Source: Candidatus Micrarchaeota archaeon
Lineage (GTDB): Archaea; Micrarchaeota; Micrarchaeia; Micrarchaeales; Micrarchaeaceae
Direction of reading: 5' to 3'
DNA length: 64,000 nt
Assembly (NCBI GenBank): GCA_021810105.1
Contig: JAJZJM010000001.1
Location: forward strand, 296,850 to 360,849
Numbering within the stretch: position 1 is the first letter of the stretch; every line of letters starts with the position of its first letter. This document shows, piece by piece, positions 17,178 to 26,107 of the stretch. Below the pieces are notes generated by a model that searched no databases, had not been told where the DNA came from, and saw only the letters and a list, made by a program, of their open reading frames with translations. The translations under genes were made by a program, and so were the position numbers.

Positions 17178-17424
17178 TGCAATCAGAAGGCTTTGGATAT
17201 GATGTTACATGTGATTACACCTTGCGAAGAATGTTAGGATAACACCACTGCAACGCATTCTACACGAGGAAGTATTCAATGGTGTGGGAGATAGTATAGG
17301 TTTAAATATTTTTATGCTGATATTATGACGGCTATGTGCATTATCGATTACCTATATTTTGGCTCGTTATAAAATAGGACTTTGTATATGGCGTACTTAT
17401 ATTTGGAATAAATGGTGAATTATC

Positions 17425-19083
17425 ATGGCAGAAAATCAATTAGGCGGACAGCAGGTATTATTGCTACCGGAAGGATCTTCAAGAATATTGGGGAGAGATG
17501 CACAGCGCACCAACATTGCAGTGGCAGTTGCCGTGGCAAACGCTGTCAAAACAACACTTGGCCCTAAGGGAATGGACAAGATGCTTGTCAGCGAGCTTGG
17601 AGACATAATAATAACAAATGACGGCGCAACAATCCTGGATGAGATGAATGTTGAGCACCCAGTTGCAAAGATAATGGTAGATATAGCGAAAACGCAGGAT
17701 AAGGAAGTGGGAGACGGAACTACCAGTGTAGTGATAATGGCTGGAGAGCTGCTAAAAGGGGCTGGAGAGCTGATAGAGCAGGGAATACATCCTACAACTA
17801 TAATACGCGGCTACAAGATGGCTGCTGAAAATGCCACACAAATACTTGAAAATGTTGCAAGGAAAGTAGATATGAACGATGATGCAATACTACAAAAAAT
17901 TGCACAGGTATCTATGGGGTCCAAGAACGTAGGTGACGACAATACAAAGGCCCAGCTTGGAAAAATAGTAATAAAGGCCGTAAGGCAGGTAATAGATAAG
18001 GATGCTTCAGGAAAATCCGTAATAGACCATGACTTCATAAAAGTAGAGAAGAAGGCTGGAGGAGCAATAAGCGATACAAACCTCATAAACGGGGTTCTTG
18101 TAGACAAAGAGATAGCGCATCCAGGTATGCCTAGAAGCATATCAAATGCAAAGATAGCCCTTCTTGATGTTGCTCTAGAGATAGAGAAGACAGAAACGGA
18201 TGCAAAGATAGAAATAACATCTCCTGAACAGATGCAGGCATTCCTGCAGCAGGAAGAGCGCATGCTTAAGGACATGGTAAAAAAGATAGAGGCAAGCAAG
18301 GCAAACACTCTCTTTACCCAGAAAGGCATAGATGATGTGGCGCAGCACTATCTTTCAAAGGCTGGCATACTTGCAGTCAGAAGGGTGAAGAAGAGCGATA
18401 TGGAAAAGCTGTCAAGAGCAACTGGCGCAAAGATAGTAACAAGCCTTGACGACCTTAGAGAGCCAGACCTTGGAAAAGCAGGGCTAGTCGAAGAGAGGAA
18501 AATAAGCGGGGAGCGCATGGTATTCGTAGAGGGATGCAAGGACCCGAAAAGCGTTACCATATTCGTTAGGGGCGGCAACCAGCAAGTGGTTGACGAAGTA
18601 GAGCGTTCCATAACTGACGTGATAGGTGCTATATCCAGTGTAATGATAGATGGTAAATACGTGATAGGAGGAGGCAGCGTAGAAATAGACATAGCAAATG
18701 GCCTCAGGGCATACTCCAGCAACGTAGGAGGACGTGAACAGCTTGCAATACAGAAGTTTGCTGATGCTGTTGAAATAGTGCCAAGGACTCTTGCTGAGAG
18801 CGCTGGAATGGATGCCATAGACACGCTTGTTCAGCTAAGAAGCATGCACAAAGGAAAGAGCGGAGGCGTAGAAGGCGTTGACATAAGCAAGAACAGCGTT
18901 AGCGACATGCTGAAGAGGGGAGTATTCGAGCCACTCAAGGTAAAGCAGCAGGCAATATACAGCGCAAGCGAAGCCGCAGAAATAATATTGAGGATAGATG
19001 ATATAATAAGCTCGAAGGGTAGATCCCCTTCAGGTGGAGGGCCTGGAGGAATGGGAGGAGGCCCTGGAGGAATGGAAGACTGA
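17425..19083 (+). CDS. ths: Thermosome subunit (group II chaperonin)
   Basis: Diagnostic segments include [24 protein letters not shown] and VGDGTTSVV. The C-terminal GGM-type tail is [16 protein letters not shown]. Confidence 0.95.
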   Translation: MAENQLGGQQVLLLPEGSSRILGRDAQRTNIAVAVAVANAVKTTLGPKGMDKMLVSELGDIIITNDGATILDEMNVEHPVAKIMVDIAKTQDKEVGDGTTSVVIMAGELLKGAGELIEQGIHPTTIIRGYKMAAENATQILENVARKVDMNDDAILQKIAQVSMGSKNVGDDNTKAQLGKIVIKAVRQVIDKDASGKSVIDHDFIKVEKKAGGAISDTNLINGVLVDKEIAHPGMPRSISNAKIALLDVALEIEKTETDAKIEITSPEQMQAFLQQEERMLKDMVKKIEASKANTLFTQKGIDDVAQHYLSKAGILAVRRVKKSDMEKLSRATGAKIVTSLDDLREPDLGKAGLVEERKISGERMVFVEGCKDPKSVTIFVRGGNQQVVDEVERSITDVIGAISSVMIDGKYVIGGGSVEIDIANGLRAYSSNVGGREQLAIQKFADAVEIVPRTLAESAGMDAIDTLVQLRSMHKGKSGGVEGVDISKNSVSDMLKRGVFEPLKVKQQAIYSASEAAEIILRIDDIISSKGRSPSGGGPGGMGGGPGGMED

Positions 19084-19159
19084 TTACCGCATAAAATATA
19101 GAGCTTGTTCTGATTGTGCCGCGCCTGAGAGGGACGAGTCAGCAGCAACATATTAAAAT

Positions 19160-19747
19160 ATGAATGCTGGCTATATTGGTAATATGCTGATATTTATAGT
19201 AGGTTCTCCGGCTTCTGGCAAGACATCAATAGTGAGCAGATGCAAAGATTACGGAGGATTGCAGAGTATAAAAGTAGGAGACATTATGCTTAAAGATGCG
19301 CGTAGATCCGGATACTCTGGAGATAGAGACGGGCTTAGGAAAATGCAATTACAGGAGATGCTGGAACTTCAGAGGCGCGCTCTGAGAAAGCTGTCAAGGC
19401 TGCGTGGAGATTACCTGATAGATACGCACCTATCTGTTGAGGCGGATGGGCGCTTCGTATCCGGACTTCCGGAATCCTCTTTGGGAGACCTTAAAAAGGC
19501 ATCCTGCATAATATACGTAGACGCACCGACAGAGGAGATAATGTCAAGAAGAGTATTAGACAGGTCTAGAGTGCGTGAAAAGGAGTCCCGGTTGATGATA
19601 GAGACGCAGAGGGGTGTCAATCTTTCGGCATTATCTTATATATCTTGGCACCTTGGCATACCGTTTTACTTGATTGAAAACAGGAATGGAATGCTGGATG
19701 CTTCTGTAAAAAAGGTAAAAGCGATAATTGATGAATTTGTAGGGTAA
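19160..19747 (+). CDS. adkA: Adenylate kinase, archaeal type
   Basis: It has a P-loop (IVGSPASGKTS) and is 195 aa long. It sits in the conserved archaeal context adk-DUF106-L34e-cmk-L14e. Confidence 0.75.
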   Translation: MNAGYIGNMLIFIVGSPASGKTSIVSRCKDYGGLQSIKVGDIMLKDARRSGYSGDRDGLRKMQLQEMLELQRRALRKLSRLRGDYLIDTHLSVEADGRFVSGLPESSLGDLKKASCIIYVDAPTEEIMSRRVLDRSRVREKESRLMIETQRGVNLSALSYISWHLGIPFYLIENRNGMLDASVKKVKAIIDEFVG

Positions 19748-19752
19748 TTTAT

Positions 19753-20274
19753 ATGGCAGCAGTACCTGTTATGAGCATAGAATCCGCAATAGAGATATTC
19801 GTTGCTGGAGTAATATATACGCTGGCAGCGGCAACGGTGCAGAGAAAACTTGTAGATCCTAAGAAAACCAGGGCCATACAGGATAAGATAAAGGTAAAAT
19901 CTGACGAGATAAAAAGATTAATGAAAGAAAATGCGCCTAAGGATCAGATATCCCAAAAACAGTCGGAGATGATGCCGCTGATGAAGGAGAGCATGAGCTC
20001 GAGCATGAGAGCCACCATAGTGCTGATTCCGTCTTTCCTGGTTGTGTACTACCTTATAATCCCTTTTCTTTTTGGAGGACTTGGCACTGCCACATTTAAG
20101 CTAAACATATTGTCTCTGGTGTTCAATCTAGATTATAGAGGAGTATTCTTCGCTACAGTTTTCGTTTTGGGAATGATAACATCAATAAGCATACTCATAT
20201 ATGACAGGAGGAGAGCAAAGAGGGACGCTGCCAAGGAGGAGGCGCAGCTAGACGCTAAAGGTGCGAATAGCTGA
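19753..20274 (+). CDS. DUF106 / EMC3-TMCO1-like membrane protein (archaeal YidC/Oxa1-like insertase family)
   Basis: The topology is TM, then a charged coiled region (KKTRAIQDKIKVKSDEIKRLMKE...), then TM helices. It occupies the conserved position after adk. Confidence 0.65.
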   Translation: MAAVPVMSIESAIEIFVAGVIYTLAAATVQRKLVDPKKTRAIQDKIKVKSDEIKRLMKENAPKDQISQKQSEMMPLMKESMSSSMRATIVLIPSFLVVYYLIIPFLFGGLGTATFKLNILSLVFNLDYRGVFFATVFVLGMITSISILIYDRRRAKRDAAKEEAQLDAKGANS

Positions 20275-20344
20275 TTACAGCAAGGTATATAAATTTAAAT
20301 AAGCAATCAAATCAAGTAAATTCATTGCTGCTTTTGGTGACAGA

Positions 20345-20668
20345 ATGCCCAAACCTATGCATAGATCAAGAAGCTTAAGGAGGCTCAACAGAGTTACACG
20401 CAGCGGAGCAAATGTAATCCATTACAAGCGTCGCGCCAATTCCCTACCGCACTGTGCGATATGCGGAAATGAACTGAATGGAATCTCCCTTTCCAAAAAC
20501 GGAGGAAAGAGCAGGAGAACGAACAGCAGGATATTCGGAGGTGTTCTGTGCTCTGGATGCTCTGCGGAAGTCGTAAAGCTTGGCAGTAGAGTAGAGAATG
20601 GTGAAATGAGGCTTAATGATATAGGCATAAAGCAGAGAATGTATGTGCTGCAACTTGTAGCACATTGA
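20345..20668 (+). CDS. rpl34e: 50S ribosomal protein L34e
   Basis: The N-terminus is HRSRSLRRLNRVTRSGANVIHYKRR, followed by a CAICGNEL...CSGC zinc-binding pattern. Confidence 0.85.
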   Translation: MPKPMHRSRSLRRLNRVTRSGANVIHYKRRANSLPHCAICGNELNGISLSKNGGKSRRTNSRIFGGVLCSGCSAEVVKLGSRVENGEMRLNDIGIKQRMYVLQLVAH

Positions 20669-20701
20669 GATTTTCGTTTATTTCTGCATAAAGGAGTTTG
20701 A

Positions 20702-21265
20702 TTGGAGGCAATAGTCATATGCGGCATGCCTGGATGCGGCAAGACCACTGTTGCGAAGCTCCTATCTAAAAAACTCGGATTGCCAGAATTTAACGGCGGC
20801 GACATACTGAAGCTTATCGCAAAAGAAAAAGGATATTCGGCAGAGGGAGTAGGCTGGTGGGACACTCCTGAAGGAATTAAGTTCCTGAAGGAGCGCGAGA
20901 AGAACCCTGAATTCGATTTGATGGCTGATGAAAAAATAAAGGAAATTATTAATAACGGCTCGGTCATATTGACTAGTTACACAGCACCGTGGCTGTTTGC
21001 CAATGCTTTGAAGATATGGCTTGATGCAAGCCCTGACGTACGCGCAAAAAGAATGGCAGGGCGGGACCACATAAGCCTTGCAGAAGCCAAAAGGTGCATA
21101 AAATTGCGCGATGATGAAAACAAGCGTTTATATAAAAAGATGTATAATATAAAGTTTGGGGAAGATAAATCACCATTCAATATGGTGATTGACGTGAATT
21201 CCATCACCACAGAAGAGATTGCGGATTTGATAATGAAAAAGATAAAGGCGATTGAATGGCATTGA
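20702..21265 (+). CDS. cmk: Cytidylate kinase, archaeal type
   Basis: It has a P-loop (VICGMPGCGKTTVAKLLS), is 187 aa long and sits in the conserved context. The start is TTG. Confidence 0.75.
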   Translation: MEAIVICGMPGCGKTTVAKLLSKKLGLPEFNGGDILKLIAKEKGYSAEGVGWWDTPEGIKFLKEREKNPEFDLMADEKIKEIINNGSVILTSYTAPWLFANALKIWLDASPDVRAKRMAGRDHISLAEAKRCIKLRDDENKRLYKKMYNIKFGEDKSPFNMVIDVNSITTEEIADLIMKKIKAIEWH

Positions 21266-21495
21266 TAGAAATAGGCAGGGTATGCATAAAGAAGTATGGA
21301 AGAGACGCGGGAAGCAGAGCGGTTATAACTTCGATTGCGAAGGACGGATTTGTAACAATACTGACTACGGACAGAAGTAAGAAGGAAAGGCGCTGCAATA
21401 CAAAGCATCTCGAAATATTAAACGAGATGGTAGACTTAAAGAACAAGGAGCAGGTTAACCGCGCTCTTGGAATTGCCAAGTCTGCTGCCGCCTAA
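21256..21495 (+). CDS. rpl14e: 50S ribosomal protein L14e (KOW domain)
   Basis: IEIGRVCIKKYGRDAGSRAVI is a KOW-like N-terminus. The protein is 79 aa and follows cmk as in other archaea. Confidence 0.8.
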   Translation: MALIEIGRVCIKKYGRDAGSRAVITSIAKDGFVTILTTDRSKKERRCNTKHLEILNEMVDLKNKEQVNRALGIAKSAAA

Positions 21496-22700
21496 TCATC
21501 TTCTTTTAGTAGCAGCTCTCCTGCGGCTTTCAGCACCTTCTCTTTGCTCTCTTCGGAGGAGAGCAGCGTGAATAATTCGGATGGTTTGAAGGAACCTCTG
21601 ACTTTGGATTTACTGAGCTTCTCTGAAAGCAGATGCATGCCCAACTCTTTGACAGGCATGCTGTCGACTTTTCCCTCCCTTAGCTCCTCCATTGCGGATT
21701 CGCTCCCTTCGATAGAGAGAGACTGAGTATCAAAGGAGATTATTGCCTCTTTGGAATATTTTGCAGCTATAGACTGAAGCCCCATGTCGGCTTTCTCAAA
21801 GCCCCTTGATGCTGTACCCGATATCTTTATCTTTAGTATGGGTTTAACCCCGCCTTTGGATACGGCATCAGATATCGTGCTCTTGCATTCCTCTATTATT
21901 TTCTCCGCGTCGGTCTGATTTGCGGATATCTCCTTGATTATAAAAGGCCGTGAATTTATTTTAACGAACTCGTATTTGTAGGATTCTGTATCGAAGATAA
22001 TGAAGCCTTTGTTGCCCTGCTCTTCGGATTTGAGCTGTGTAAGGACAGTGCTGCCTGGAATGAGGAGAGGCTTCCCATGCACTTTTGCCTCAACTCTATT
22101 GTGCATGTGGCCGCATGCATAAAGATCAAATCCTTCCGGAAGGTCCGAGTATTTTATGAATGCGTTGCTGAACGGGAGGAGCTCGTATATAGACTGGTGG
22201 AACATAAATATATTGAACGCTCCAGGAACTGGTTTTGGGTTAAGGCTCTCCAATTCCGGCTTTACCATCTCTTCAGAGACTCCACCAAGCCCGAATATAC
22301 AGACTCTTTCATCTCCTTTGGAGAGTGTGGTGGTGGCTTCGCTCGTATCTACAAGCAGCCCAGCCAAAGAGAGAAGCTGGACAGCATTCTCCTTGCCTTT
22401 TGCGATTCTTTCATGAGTACCAGGTATGGCAACTATGGGCTTTTTTGTATATATCTTGTTCTGGCCGGAATATTCTACAACCTCGGCACCGAAGTTTTTT
22501 GAAAGAATTTCCCTGAAAAGCTTCATAGCCTGCGAAATTACGTCTGGTTTTGGGTACCTCTTGTCGAATATATCTCCGGGTATTATTATTGCGTCTGCTA
22601 ATTCTGATGCTTTTTGCAACGCCTCTTTTGCCTGGGAAAGTGCATCCTCAGAAAACCTTTCATATCCAAGATGCATATCAGATACGATTGCAATTTTCAT
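21492..22700 (-). CDS. mre11: DNA double-strand break repair nuclease Mre11
   Basis: The calcineurin-like phosphoesterase motifs appear in order: IVSDMHLG, PGDIFD, IPGTHE, and GHMHN. Confidence 0.85.
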   Translation of the reverse strand: MKIAIVSDMHLGYERFSEDALSQAKEALQKASELADAIIIPGDIFDKRYPKPDVISQAMKLFREILSKNFGAEVVEYSGQNKIYTKKPIVAIPGTHERIAKGKENAVQLLSLAGLLVDTSEATTTLSKGDERVCIFGLGGVSEEMVKPELESLNPKPVPGAFNIFMFHQSIYELLPFSNAFIKYSDLPEGFDLYACGHMHNRVEAKVHGKPLLIPGSTVLTQLKSEEQGNKGFIIFDTESYKYEFVKINSRPFIIKEISANQTDAEKIIEECKSTISDAVSKGGVKPILKIKISGTASRGFEKADMGLQSIAAKYSKEAIISFDTQSLSIEGSESAMEELREGKVDSMPVKELGMHLLSEKLSKSKVRGSFKPSELFTLLSSEESKEKVLKAAGELLLKEDD

Positions 22701-23251
22701 AGCTCTGCAACCCTTTCCGAAACCACTTCAGGAAGCCCTATGTCATGGATGTTTTGGGTGTAAACTGAGAGTTCTTTTATAAATTTCGCATTCTCTCCGT
22801 GTTCTTGCAGGTCATTTAAAAATGTAAGCGTGGCGAACTTGGCATTTTCGCCCCATGCCCTACTTGCTGCGTCAGAAGCCCTGTGGATATACATTTGAGC
22901 CCTTAGTATGTTGCCTCTTTCTAAATATATGAGAAAGCCTGTATAGAATGCCTTGAATGCCAACGCATATTCCTTTTTAGCAGATTCTGGCTTTCCTATA
23001 AGAGCAAAAAGTCCGGCTGCCTTATTGAGATCCCTGCATATGTCCTCTATGGTATCAGGATGGATAGTTCTAGTCTCTTTCAGCCTCTCTTTAAGGTTAA
23101 CCATTTGGGTGACTCCAGAATGTGAGTACATTATTGCTGCTGAAGATAGAAGCTCCTTTGCTTCGTCAGGTTTCCTAATTAGGAGGCTCAGTCCTTCCCT
23201 GTCTAATTTGTTTGCAGAAGACCTAGTCTCTTTTGGATATCTCTGCTTCAT
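22697..23251 (-). CDS. Hypothetical helical protein, translationally coupled to mre11
   Basis: This is a 184-aa ORF whose stop overlaps the mre11 start by 4 nt. I recognised no motif. The composition suggests an all-alpha protein. Confidence 0.5.
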   Translation of the reverse strand: MKQRYPKETRSSANKLDREGLSLLIRKPDEAKELLSSAAIMYSHSGVTQMVNLKERLKETRTIHPDTIEDICRDLNKAAGLFALIGKPESAKKEYALAFKAFYTGFLIYLERGNILRAQMYIHRASDAASRAWGENAKFATLTFLNDLQEHGENAKFIKELSVYTQNIHDIGLPEVVSERVAEL

Positions 23252-23258
23252 TTAAACA

Positions 23259-23603
23259 CTATTTTGGAGTTCCTTCTTGCTTCAGCATTGCTTCTATCTC
23301 AGACCTAAGGCTTTTCTCTTTCTTCGAGGCTTCATCGTATTGCTTATTTATTATTGAAAGTCTAAGCTCTATAGAGTCCTTCTTCTCATTAACGGATTTT
23401 ATCGCTTCTTCTTTCGAGGTCTCTATCATTACGCCCCCTATAGTAGAGTATATTTTACCTGTGGCCTTCTCTATTTCAGCGAGAGCTTCCTTGAATTCCT
23501 CATTTTGCTCGCTAAACTGCGCTTTCTGTATAGACAAGCCTTGCAGTTGATCTTGCAGTGCTTGATACTCCGATGTAAACTTCTCCAATTGCTCTTTGGT
23601 CAT
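23259..23603 (-). CDS. pfdB: Prefoldin beta subunit
   Basis: The 114-aa layout is coiled coil, beta hairpin, coiled coil: QLQGLSIQKAQFSEQNEEFKEALAEIE...IYSTIGGVMIETSKEEA... Confidence 0.8.
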   Translation of the reverse strand: MTKEQLEKFTSEYQALQDQLQGLSIQKAQFSEQNEEFKEALAEIEKATGKIYSTIGGVMIETSKEEAIKSVNEKKDSIELRLSIINKQYDEASKKEKSLRSEIEAMLKQEGTPK

Positions 23604-23647
23604 AGAAACACGTAACTAATAGGGATTTTCAGATTTTTATATCTTGC

Positions 23648-24742
23648 CTACCTGTCAATCTCAGCGAATATAAGGTCAAGGCTCCCTATTATAGAAAAGA
23701 GGTCGGCGAACCTGCCTCCTTCTGCAAGCTTCGGAAGGACTGCAAGGTTTATGAATGCAGGAGACCTAAGCGAGATTCTGTATGGCTTCTGCTTGTCAGG
23801 CACCATATATATTATGCCTTCGCCCCTTGGAAGCTCCTCGCGCATGATAATGTGATCGGGTTTGGCTATAGGCCCTATCAGCCTTATCTGCATTCCTTTC
23901 GCATCTCCATCAGGCATGTTTGCCAGCGCATTCCGGATTATTCCTATGCTCTCAAGCATTTCTTCGTATCTAACCCTGTATCTATCGTAAGAGTCACCTT
24001 TGCTGCCAGTAGGGACCTTGAATTTAATTTTGTCGTATACATAATAGGGGTGGGATATCCTCGCATCCTCTTCCACTCCTGAACCTCTAAGGACAGGTCC
24101 TGACACCCCATATGCGATTGCATCCTTCTTGCTCAGTACGCCTACGCCTTTTGTCCTCTCCATGAATATGCTATTTGCGTCCAGCACGTCAGGGTACCCT
24201 CTTATTTTATCTTCCAGGTAATCGCACAATGCGTATGCTCTTTCCTTGAAATCTTCAGGAGGGTTCTTGTTGAATCCGCCCAGGCGAAGATTAACGTAGA
24301 ACATCCTGCTTCCAGAAACGTCTTCGAGCAGCTTTAGTATTTTTGCCCTGTCTCTGAAGCACCACATGAATGCAGTAAAGAGCTGACCTATGTCATTTAC
24401 GAAAGTCCCAAGCCATAGCAGATGGCTTGCTATCCTTTGGAATTCGAGGAGTATGACCCTTTCGTATTGAGCTGGCTCTTTTACAGGGACTCCAAGAGCA
24501 TGCTCAACTGCGTTTATATACAAGTCATCCCAGCTTAATGGCGCAATATAGTCGAGTTTTTCCGTGTATGAGGGGTTCTGCATATACATCCTAGTCTCCA
24601 TGAGTTTCTCCACTCCCCTATGGAGAAATCCTATGTGCGGCTCTACATTCTTCACAGTGTCTCCGTCTACATCTACGACTAATTTCAATACCCCGTGCGT
24701 ACCAGGATGTATCGGACCAACATTTATCCTCATTATAGACAT
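23648..24742 (-). CDS. nuoD: NADH-quinone oxidoreductase subunit D
   Basis: INVGPIHPGTHGVLKL, IGFLHRGVEKL and the C-terminal GSLDLIFAEIDR are typical NuoD/NiFe-large-subunit-like segments. I prefer the start at M11 (24742), which overlaps the nuoC stop by 1 nt (TAATG). Confidence 0.9.
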   Translation of the reverse strand: MSIMRINVGPIHPGTHGVLKLVVDVDGDTVKNVEPHIGFLHRGVEKLMETRMYMQNPSYTEKLDYIAPLSWDDLYINAVEHALGVPVKEPAQYERVILLEFQRIASHLLWLGTFVNDIGQLFTAFMWCFRDRAKILKLLEDVSGSRMFYVNLRLGGFNKNPPEDFKERAYALCDYLEDKIRGYPDVLDANSIFMERTKGVGVLSKKDAIAYGVSGPVLRGSGVEEDARISHPYYVYDKIKFKVPTGSKGDSYDRYRVRYEEMLESIGIIRNALANMPDGDAKGMQIRLIGPIAKPDHIIMREELPRGEGIIYMVPDKQKPYRISLRSPAFINLAVLPKLAEGGRFADLFSIIGSLDLIFAEIDR

Positions 24743-25122
24743 TATTGCAGCCTCTTGTAGTCTTTTCCCCATACAAAACTTTTCCTAAGCGGATACTCTG
24801 CCCCATTCCACAGCTCCAGGAGGAGCTTTTTTGTGTTTCTTCCTTTTATTTTTATTCCGAACATCTCAGAAAGTTCCCTCTCATACCAATCAGCAGCCTT
24901 AAACAATTCTATTACAGTATCTATCTCGAGCTTTTCCGCTTTTAGAGTAGTCCTGACCACTTCGTCTTTCTTTGCATCATTGTTGTAAAGCAAGTATATG
25001 ACGTCAATATGGTCATTGTAATCTATTGCTGTTATCTTGCTCAGGTAGTCAAACCCGCTCTGCCTCATTGCCCTGCAGGTTTTCACTAAGGCCTCTGGTT
25101 GCGTATCTATCAATTTTATCAC
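24742..25122 (-). CDS. nuoC: NADH-quinone oxidoreductase subunit C (short form)
   Basis: ITAIDYNDHIDVIYLL...DWYERELSEMFGI is the NuoC core. The ORF start overlaps nuoB by 74 nt, so the true start is uncertain (the alternative M at 25068 still overlaps). Confidence 0.75.
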   Translation of the reverse strand: MIKLIDTQPEALVKTCRAMRQSGFDYLSKITAIDYNDHIDVIYLLYNNDAKKDEVVRTTLKAEKLEIDTVIELFKAADWYERELSEMFGIKIKGRNTKKLLLELWNGAEYPLRKSFVWGKDYKRLQ

Positions 25123-25684
25123 GTATATTATCTTGAAGTTTCATAAGCGCGCCAAAAAGGTTTTCCGGCTTTGGAGGGCACCCGGCAACATATATGTCAA
25201 CAGGTATTACCTGATCTATGCCTTGTATTATGTTGTAGCTTTCCCACCAAGGCCCTCCAGATGTGGCGCACTCCCCGTATGCTATCACATAATTTGGCTT
25301 TGACATCTGCTCGTAAAGGCGCTTGACCTTAGGAACTATGGATTTTGTCACCCATCCTGCCACTATCATCACGTCGCACTGCCTTGGCGTGCCACGGAAT
25401 AGGAGATACCCCTTGCGCTCCGCATCTATGCGGGCTGCTCCGAAGTCCATCAGCTCCATTGCGCAGCATGCAAGCCCAAATTGAAGGGGCCATAACGAAT
25501 TTGAACGTCCCCATTTCACAAAGCTTTTTAACGTCAATTTTGTAAGGTCGCTCATCTTTGCAAACATAGCGGGTACGTATTCCCTTCTGTATTGCTTCAA
25601 CGACTCCTGAGTTAGAAGGGTCATCTCCTGCTCCGCATTCATAAACTGCTCTTTAGTGTAAGGAGGTTCATTTTCTTCTTCCAT
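25049..25684 (-). CDS. nuoB: NADH-quinone oxidoreductase subunit B
   Basis: SLWPLQFGLACCAMEL, the internal Cys of GECATSGGPW and VAGCPPKPE supply the conserved N2 Fe-S cluster cysteines. Confidence 0.9.
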   Translation of the reverse strand: MEEENEPPYTKEQFMNAEQEMTLLTQESLKQYRREYVPAMFAKMSDLTKLTLKSFVKWGRSNSLWPLQFGLACCAMELMDFGAARIDAERKGYLLFRGTPRQCDVMIVAGWVTKSIVPKVKRLYEQMSKPNYVIAYGECATSGGPWWESYNIIQGIDQVIPVDIYVAGCPPKPENLFGALMKLQDNIRDKIDRYATRGLSENLQGNEAERV

Positions 25685-26036
25685 TCAAATCACTTATCAC
25701 GATATAACCGAACAACGCAAACACAAGAGATATGCCGGCCATTCCCATCACCAGCAATCCGTTAGACTCTGGCACGCTTCTTGAAACCGATGCCCATAAG
25801 AGAATGATAACAGCTATTATTTCTATTGGAAGAAACAACATAAAAAATGGCATATATTCATTCATTATGTCCCTGTTACTTCCCAAAGTCGCCTCTGCGC
25901 TCTCATATGGCGACTCCTTCACAGAATTTGAGGGGGATTTGTGCCTCAGCAGTTTAGCACCTAAAAGCATAGAGAAAGGCACAAATATCGAGATTAGCGA
26001 GAATACAAACAAGGCGATATAATCGTATGACATTGT
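25668..26036 (-). CDS. nuoA: NADH-quinone oxidoreductase subunit A
   Basis: It has three TM helices and the loop KESPYESAEATLGS (compare YECG). I prefer the start at MSYDYIALF (26036), which gives ~122 aa. The longer ORF reaching 26114 would run into the divergent dtdA start. Confidence 0.75.
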   Translation of the reverse strand, partial: TMSYDYIALFVFSLISIFVPFSMLLGAKLLRHKSPSNSVKESPYESAEATLGSNRDIMNEYMPFFMLFLPIEIIAVIILLWASVSRSVPESNGLLVMGMAGISLVFALFGYIVISDLNGRRK

Positions 26037-26107
26037 ACTACCGTTCCATCCTAATAGCGTATTTGAATAGGATGTTTTTATTTGTTTTGAAATAAAAGTA
26101 TGATTAT

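Noticed and set aside
13271-17182. Very long minus-strand ORFs (464 aa at 13271-14665, 727 aa at 14999-17182, plus 117-221-aa ORFs in another minus frame) encoding L/S/T/N-rich repeats.
   Set aside because: They are antisense shadows of the C-poor repeat array. The plus-strand frames have regularly spaced starts and stops with 6-nt spacers, conserved heads and tails, and a recognisable helical-repeat motif. The minus frames are low-complexity, span several plus-strand gene boundaries, and stay open only because the + strand lacks the complements of stop codons.
17811-18824. 172-aa and 158-aa minus-strand ORFs.
   Set aside because: They are antisense to the thermosome gene and give Ser/Phe/Ile-rich shadow translations.
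20422-20967. 181-aa minus-strand ORF spanning rpl34e and cmk.
   Set aside because: It overlaps two well-supported plus-strand genes in the conserved adk-DUF106-L34e-cmk-L14e context and carries no recognisable motif.
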